Positions 27,645 to 32,000 of a stretch of 32,000 nt of DNA are shown piece after piece; the first letter of the stretch is position 1; each line of letters starts with the position of its first letter. Source of the DNA: Candidatus Borrarchaeum yapensis (GTDB lineage: Archaea; Asgardarchaeota; Sifarchaeia; Borrarchaeales; Borrarchaeaceae). The position numbers and the translations under genes are program-made. The notes under the pieces were generated by a model. That model saw only the letters and a program-made list of their open reading frames with translations, was not told the DNA's origin and did no database searches. The DNA lies in contig JAEOSF010000001.1 of NCBI GenBank assembly GCA_016840515.1, positions 50,447 to 82,446 of the forward strand. The letters are read 5' to 3'.

Positions 27645-27894
27645 CGCAAGAAGACCCCTCAACGTGTTGGGGGGATGAATTGCGTTACCTTTTTCACTTT
27701 CATGATACTCCCTAACCTTTAAGTACTGTTTCGCAGAGATCGTATGTAGAATTGAGCTGAGGTAACACTCGCCAGTTCTCACATTAACTTAATACCACGT
27801 TCAGGGCAGGAACTGCCCGTAGAGCCTGTTTGACATGTCCCGTTGGGGAATGAGTGATTCAGGAAACCATACAACTTGTTGCATGGTAGTTCAC
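27645..27894 (+). mobile_element. Short non-autonomous IS200/IS605-derived element (copy 1)
   Basis: Left hairpin unit CGCAAGAAGACCCCTCAACGTGTTGGGGGGATGAATTGCG (27645-27684). Right hairpin AGGAAACCATACAACTTGTTGCATGGTAGTTCAC ending at 27894. No transposase ORF inside. Confidence 0.65.
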
Positions 27895-28367
27895 TCCATT
27901 AACAAACTTTCGCAAATTGATTTAACTTTTTCATGTGTTGGCGAAGGATAGATAGCAAATGAAATTGTTATTCGAACTACATCATCTTCATCCCGTAATT
28001 TGAAGTGACCCTTGAAGGCAGCTTGCTTGTCAAACCGTAGGTATAACCGTGATTTGTCAATTCGTCTTTCCAGCCCTTCGCTTAACACATATTTATCTTG
28101 ATCATCTAAACCAGTTGTTATATACTTGATTATTTGCATGATATCATCGGTATCGGTAAATTTTGTCTTTAAAAGGGATATTGGGTTATTCCAATGTCCT
28201 CTAACTTTATCTACTTTCAATTTGAGTTTATCGTGAATATCCTCAGGTATTAAAAAGAGGAGTGCTTGCTTAACTTTATCTAAATCTTCTGTTGCATGAA
28301 CGTGCGTTGTAAACTCAGCAGAAGAAATCCGATAAGTAAAACTATTTTTCTTATTCATTGAAATCAC
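27891..28367 (-). CDS. COG1325 exosome-associated RNA-binding protein
   Basis: SFTYRISSAEFTTHVHATEDLDKVKQALLFLIPEDI...; syntenic with RNase P subunits and L15e. Confidence 0.8.
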   Translation of the reverse strand: MISMNKKNSFTYRISSAEFTTHVHATEDLDKVKQALLFLIPEDIHDKLKLKVDKVRGHWNNPISLLKTKFTDTDDIMQIIKYITTGLDDQDKYVLSEGLERRIDKSRLYLRFDKQAAFKGHFKLRDEDDVVRITISFAIYPSPTHEKVKSICESLLME

Positions 28368-28480
28368 AAAGATTTAGGAATCTCAAGTTTATATCGACTT
28401 GATTTGTTAAAAAAGATTAGTGGATATTAAGGAAACTAATGAAACACTAAATAGGTATAATCAGATTACATTGTGGCTAA

Positions 28481-28783
28481 GCAAGAAAGCACCACAGCTT
28501 CAGCGTGGTGATGAATGGCGGTAGTGTGTTCACTTTCATCACGTGCATCGAGGGGTCTCCCTAAAGTTATATAGGTAGTATGAGGAAGGTATTAACACCA
28601 ATCGGAGGGATAATACGCACACTTGAAGATAAGGTGCATACTCCGATTGCATCACCATCGTTAGCCTTACCTACGGGGCGTAGGGATGTTAAGCCTGTGG
28701 AGATAAGACCTCCGTAACCCGCAAGGGGATCGAGTCCATCGTAGAAGCAGGAAGCCTCGATGCTTTAGCACGAGGTAGCTCAC
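28481..28783 (+). mobile_element. Short non-autonomous IS200/IS605-derived element (copy 2)
   Basis: Left hairpin unit GCAAGAAAGCACCACAGCTTCAGCGTGGTGATGAATGGCG. Right end GAAGCAGGAAGCCTCGATGCTTTAGCACGAGGTAGCTCAC (28744-28783), typical of IS605/OrfB 3' ends and omegaRNA tails. No ORF. Confidence 0.72.
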
Positions 28784-28858
28784 ATTGCGGAGAACAGCTA
28801 TTACAGTTTTCCAAGAAAAATAGTAAGGAAAGGACTTATAGTATAGAAAGAAAAAAGA

Positions 28859-29545
28859 CTATTTTCCTCTATGTCTGTGGCTTGCCAAACTAGGACGTAT
28901 TTTCTCTGTACCTAGTCCTTTCTTACGTAGACCTCTTGACTTTTTCCCAGCACTTGTTAGTCCTCGTGCAGCTCTACCTTTATGTACTGGATCACAAATC
29001 CAATTTATTCTAGGATCAGACTGAATCACTGGATGGTTTGGATCAACGAGAATTATTTCAAACCACTTGTACATACCATCTGCTTCCACCCAATAACTAT
29101 TAAGCACACGTAAATTGGGAAATCTTCTTTCAGCGTTTTCTTCGGCCATAACCTGTCTAGACTTCCCTAGTGTAATTTTTGTAACACCCATGCGCTTTGA
29201 TCGCCTGCCACGTGTTGGGCGAGGTTTTTGTCGTGACCCACGTCGAACTCGAACTCTAGCTAAAACAAAACCTTGTTTTGCTTTATATCCTAATTTCCTC
29301 GCACGATCAATACGTGTTGGTCGGTCTATGCGAACTGTTGCGGGTTGACGCCTCCATTTTATGCGCCTTTCCCGTGAAAGTCTTTTCATAACTTTCGAGT
29401 CTTTGTCTTTCCACATTTTTTCAACATAAGAATATAAACCCATTAAATTACCTCCCAAATATTTTACGTTCAGCGTATAAAACGCTACATCCAGGGAGAG
29501 AAAACAAATAGTGGAAAAGAAGGATTGGTTTTTAACTTTTTTCAT
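28859..29545 (-). CDS. rpl15e: Ribosomal protein L15e
   Basis: MGLYSYVEKMWKDKDSKVMKRLSRERRIKWRRQPATVRIDRPTRIDRARKLGYKAKQGFVLARVRVRRG. The likely start is the internal ATG encoding MGLYSYVE (about 29443), because the first 34 aa look like untranslated extension. Confidence 0.95.
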   Translation of the reverse strand: MKKVKNQSFFSTICFLSLDVAFYTLNVKYLGGNLMGLYSYVEKMWKDKDSKVMKRLSRERRIKWRRQPATVRIDRPTRIDRARKLGYKAKQGFVLARVRVRRGSRQKPRPTRGRRSKRMGVTKITLGKSRQVMAEENAERRFPNLRVLNSYWVEADGMYKWFEIILVDPNHPVIQSDPRINWICDPVHKGRAARGLTSAGKKSRGLRKKGLGTEKIRPSLASHRHRGK

Positions 29546-29578
29546 TCTAGAAAATTTAAAGTAAATAGCTTGTCAATC

Positions 29579-30025
29579 CTAGACTTTGTAGAAAGTCCTC
29601 TTTCTGATCCTAGCGACTAGTTCACGCACCATAAGGTGGGCCATAGTACTTATTGCTGTTGATGCCTTATTCCTGTCAATGATAAGAATTGATGTGGGTA
29701 TATTACCGCACTTTTTCTTTATCTCCGTGCGATACCGCACCGCTGCTTCTTTATCTTCTTTAGACTTAGATGCAACGATCAGAACCCCTTTAGCTCCTTG
29801 ATAACTTTTTTGAACTAGTATCTGAAAGGCATTCTTGTGAGGATGCCAATAAGAGATCTTAACAGATTCAGAAGCAACACGTCCAACATGTACGCCTATT
29901 CCATCGACCATAATGTTGTCATAGGATATTAGACGCAAAATTTTGTCGTTTAGGTAATCATCGGGTCCAATAACTGCTATTTTGAAAATAAATCTATAAT
30001 CACGATGCTTTTGTTTCACACTCAA
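29579..30025 (-). CDS. Degenerate small-GTPase-like protein (P-loop lost), paralog A
   Basis: FIFKIAVIGPDDYLNDKILRL begins like a Ras-superfamily G1 strand but lacks GxxxxGK[ST]. About 45% similar by eye to the next ORF over its whole length. Confidence 0.55.
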   Translation of the reverse strand: MSVKQKHRDYRFIFKIAVIGPDDYLNDKILRLISYDNIMVDGIGVHVGRVASESVKISYWHPHKNAFQILVQKSYQGAKGVLIVASKSKEDKEAAVRYRTEIKKKCGNIPTSILIIDRNKASTAISTMAHLMVRELVARIRKRTFYKV

Positions 30026-30285
30026 GCTAGTTCGCCATTCTATATCAATAAGAATTGGTCTTACTGAAAGATGATTTGTATACCTATATATTGGTACTTG
30101 TTATTAATAAACATTGTATTAGTAAAAACATCGAGCGGATTTCGAACACATAAAATGTTATTTCTCTGTAACTGATTCAAAATAGAGAAAAGTCAGACCA
30201 TATCCGACATTGAATCAAAAGAAAACCTTACGTCAACTGAAAAACAGTTCAGTTCATTCGGTATAAATTGAAACGCGTGATAGAC

Positions 30286-30729
30286 TCAAACTTCTCTTGG
30301 GATTCTTTCTCTTATTTTAACGGCTAGTTCATTCATTTTAATATCGGCCATCTTATGTATCTCTTCGGGCTTCATACTTTTTCCAATGAGAAGATGTGTG
30401 GTGGGTATTTCACCGCATTTCTTATTCACTTCAGCGCGAAACTGCGGCAAGGTTTCAATATCGTCTTCATCTAAGACAATTAGAGCCCCATGAGCGCCCC
30501 TAAGCGCCAGAGAAACCAATACTTTGTAGGCATCTTGATGCGGCAACCAGTAACTCAGTTTAATTCGGTCTGTGTGATCAGCGTCACCTACATGTATTCG
30601 TAGACCGTCAATTCCTACGTTGCCCCCTGAGACCAAGTGCAGTACTTGATCTTTCAGAAAGTCATTAGGACCCACTACAGAAATCTTAAAAATAAAATCA
30701 TATGCACGTCGTTTACTAATATGGCTCAA
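30286..30729 (-). CDS. Degenerate small-GTPase-like protein (P-loop lost), paralog B
   Basis: DFIFKISVVGPNDFLKDQVLHLVSG...GIDGLRIHVG...IKLSYWLPHQDAYKVLVSLALRGAHGALIVLD parallels paralog A. Confidence 0.55.
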   Translation of the reverse strand: MSHISKRRAYDFIFKISVVGPNDFLKDQVLHLVSGGNVGIDGLRIHVGDADHTDRIKLSYWLPHQDAYKVLVSLALRGAHGALIVLDEDDIETLPQFRAEVNKKCGEIPTTHLLIGKSMKPEEIHKMADIKMNELAVKIRERIPREV

Positions 30730-30887
30730 AATGACTCCTCAGCGGTCTAAATCATCTTTGTCATATCGCATTAAAAGAAGTTTAAAACACACTTCTTATG
30801 ACGATCACCTTACTACGAAAAACCCGCTATCAATCTATTAAATTTTTTCTAGTGAACTCCTCCGCAGATTAAATGCGATCGCACCGA

Positions 30888-31817
30888 TTAGTGAAAAAAA
30901 TCAATAATTTTTTTTGCAAGGATAACAGATGCGTTTTTTTGTGTCTCTTTAGTAGTTGAACCGATGTGGGGCGTGGCTATTACATTTGGTTCGTTTATTA
31001 GTTCCGATTTGCCTGGAGGTTCTTTCTCAAATACATCTAAAGCAGCACCTGCAACTTTTTCTGATCTAATTGCCTTTAGGAGTGCCTTTTCATCGACAAC
31101 TCCTCCACGGGAAGCATTGATTAGATAAACGCCGTCCTTCATTCGTGAAAACTCTCTTTCACCAATCATATGATATGTGGAGGACAAGAGAGGAACATGA
31201 AGCGTTATTACATCAGCATTCCTTAATATCACCTCAAGCGCATCTTTAGAAGGACCGAAAGGTTCAACATTCATTTGTTTGGCATTTTCTAACGCACTAT
31301 CAAGAACATCATAAGCTATAACAGTCATTTCAAATGATTTCGCTCGTTTTGCAACTTCTACTCCTATATTTCCAAACCCCACAATACCAAGTGTTTTTCC
31401 TTTTAATTCTAATCCCTTCAATTCCTTCTTAAGCCATTTTCCTTCTTTTAAACCTTTATCTCCAATCGGAATATGACGAAATAGAGCTATGATTAGCCCG
31501 ATGACTAACTCTGCTACCGATACACTAGGGGCATTGGGGGTATTAAATACAGTTATATTATATTCCTTCGCGGCCTCCAAATCAACATTATCTAAACCGA
31601 CACCTGCGCGACCAATTATTGTAAGCGATGATTCTGCAAGCAGGTCACGAGTTACCTTTGTAGCACTTCTAACAATAAGTACAGCATATTCCTTTAACAA
31701 TTCCTTAAGCACAGAAGAAGTTTCTCCAAACCGTTCATCAACTACGAAGCCTGCATCCTTCAGCATTTTTATTCCATCAGCATGAACAGGATCGGTGACG
31801 AGAACTCTTACAACCAA
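30888..31817 (-). CDS. serA: D-3-phosphoglycerate dehydrogenase-like 2-hydroxyacid dehydrogenase (short form, no ACT domain)
   Basis: LTIIGRAGVGLDNVDLEAAKEYNITVFNTPNAPSVSVAE, KTLGIVGFGNIGVEVAKRAKSF, NASRGGVVDEKAL, DVFEKEPP. Confidence 0.85.
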   Translation of the reverse strand: MVVRVLVTDPVHADGIKMLKDAGFVVDERFGETSSVLKELLKEYAVLIVRSATKVTRDLLAESSLTIIGRAGVGLDNVDLEAAKEYNITVFNTPNAPSVSVAELVIGLIIALFRHIPIGDKGLKEGKWLKKELKGLELKGKTLGIVGFGNIGVEVAKRAKSFEMTVIAYDVLDSALENAKQMNVEPFGPSKDALEVILRNADVITLHVPLLSSTYHMIGEREFSRMKDGVYLINASRGGVVDEKALLKAIRSEKVAGAALDVFEKEPPGKSELINEPNVIATPHIGSTTKETQKNASVILAKKIIDFFH

Positions 31818-31877
31818 AAGATGACCTCCTATGATCTAATAAGGAATAGGTACGCACAATTTGTTTTTATAAAATTT

Positions 31878-31917
31878 CGCAAGAAAAATTCTCAACTTGT
31901 TGGGGGGAAGAATTGCG
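31878..31917 (+). repeat. Orphan copy of the IS605-type left-end hairpin unit (copy 3)
   Basis: CGCAAGAAAAATTCTCAACTTGTTGGGGGGAAGAATTGCG, same length as and 34/40 identical to 27645-27684. Confidence 0.7.
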
Positions 31918-32000
31918 TATTCTAATAACTCTTTAGCCAAACAATCTGTCCTCAATAAATTCAATAATGCGTCTAGCTCTTTTGCCCCACTCATAATATT

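Noticed and set aside
29579-30729. Annotation as functional Ras-like GTPases
   Set aside because: No Walker A GxxxxGK[ST] and no NKxD motif; only the overall strand pattern resembles the GTPase fold.
27645-31917. CRISPR array from the three similar hairpin units
   Set aside because: Only three divergent copies separated by hundreds to thousands of bases, with no regular spacers and no cas genes. Their layout fits IS200/IS605 termini.
1-32000. tRNA or rRNA genes
   Set aside because: No segment with a convincing tRNA cloverleaf consensus (GTTCRANYC arm with CCA-side stem) or rRNA sequence was seen by eye. A tRNAscan-type run would be needed to exclude fully.

Overview
This is a chromosomal window from an archaeon. 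The gene content includes RNase P Pop5/Rpp30 subunits, L15e, a COG1325 exosome-type protein, HdrABC, DPM1-like and several small-GTPase-like proteins. Asgard-like affiliation is an inference from selenoproteins and GTPase-family proteins. The most important observation is one the supplied ORF track hides. The 62-aa and 1017-aa minus-strand ORFs, plus an untracked 76-codon tail, form one continuous gene (14591..18076). It contains two in-frame UGA codons. The first falls at the conserved Cys of the HdrA motif (FPTDECSA-U-PLTPLM). The second falls at the first Cys of an MvhD/VhuD domain (GADGVAVVG-U-HKGDCAYIDGN). A hairpin matching the archaeal SECIS (GAA(A)/A internal loop, CCC/GGG upper stem) starts 2 nt after the true stop. 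The result is a double-selenocysteine, double-HdrA-module, MvhD fusion. It lies in an operon-like array with a GcvH-like lipoyl carrier, HdrC, HdrB and an upstream GlcD/GlcF-like pair. Next to it is a glyoxylate-handling cluster: hydroxyacid dehydrogenase, glyoxylate-carboligase-like enzyme with a glutamate at the position where classical Gcl has Val, TIM-barrel isomerase and class V aminotransferase. Other notable items are a TnpB with a Fanzor-like rearranged RuvC glutamate and a truncated TnpA remnant, two short IS200/IS605-derived non-autonomous elements inserted in the RNase P/exosome/L15e block plus an orphan copy of their terminal hairpin, two tandem P-loop-less GTPase-like paralogs, and an archaeal kynureninase.
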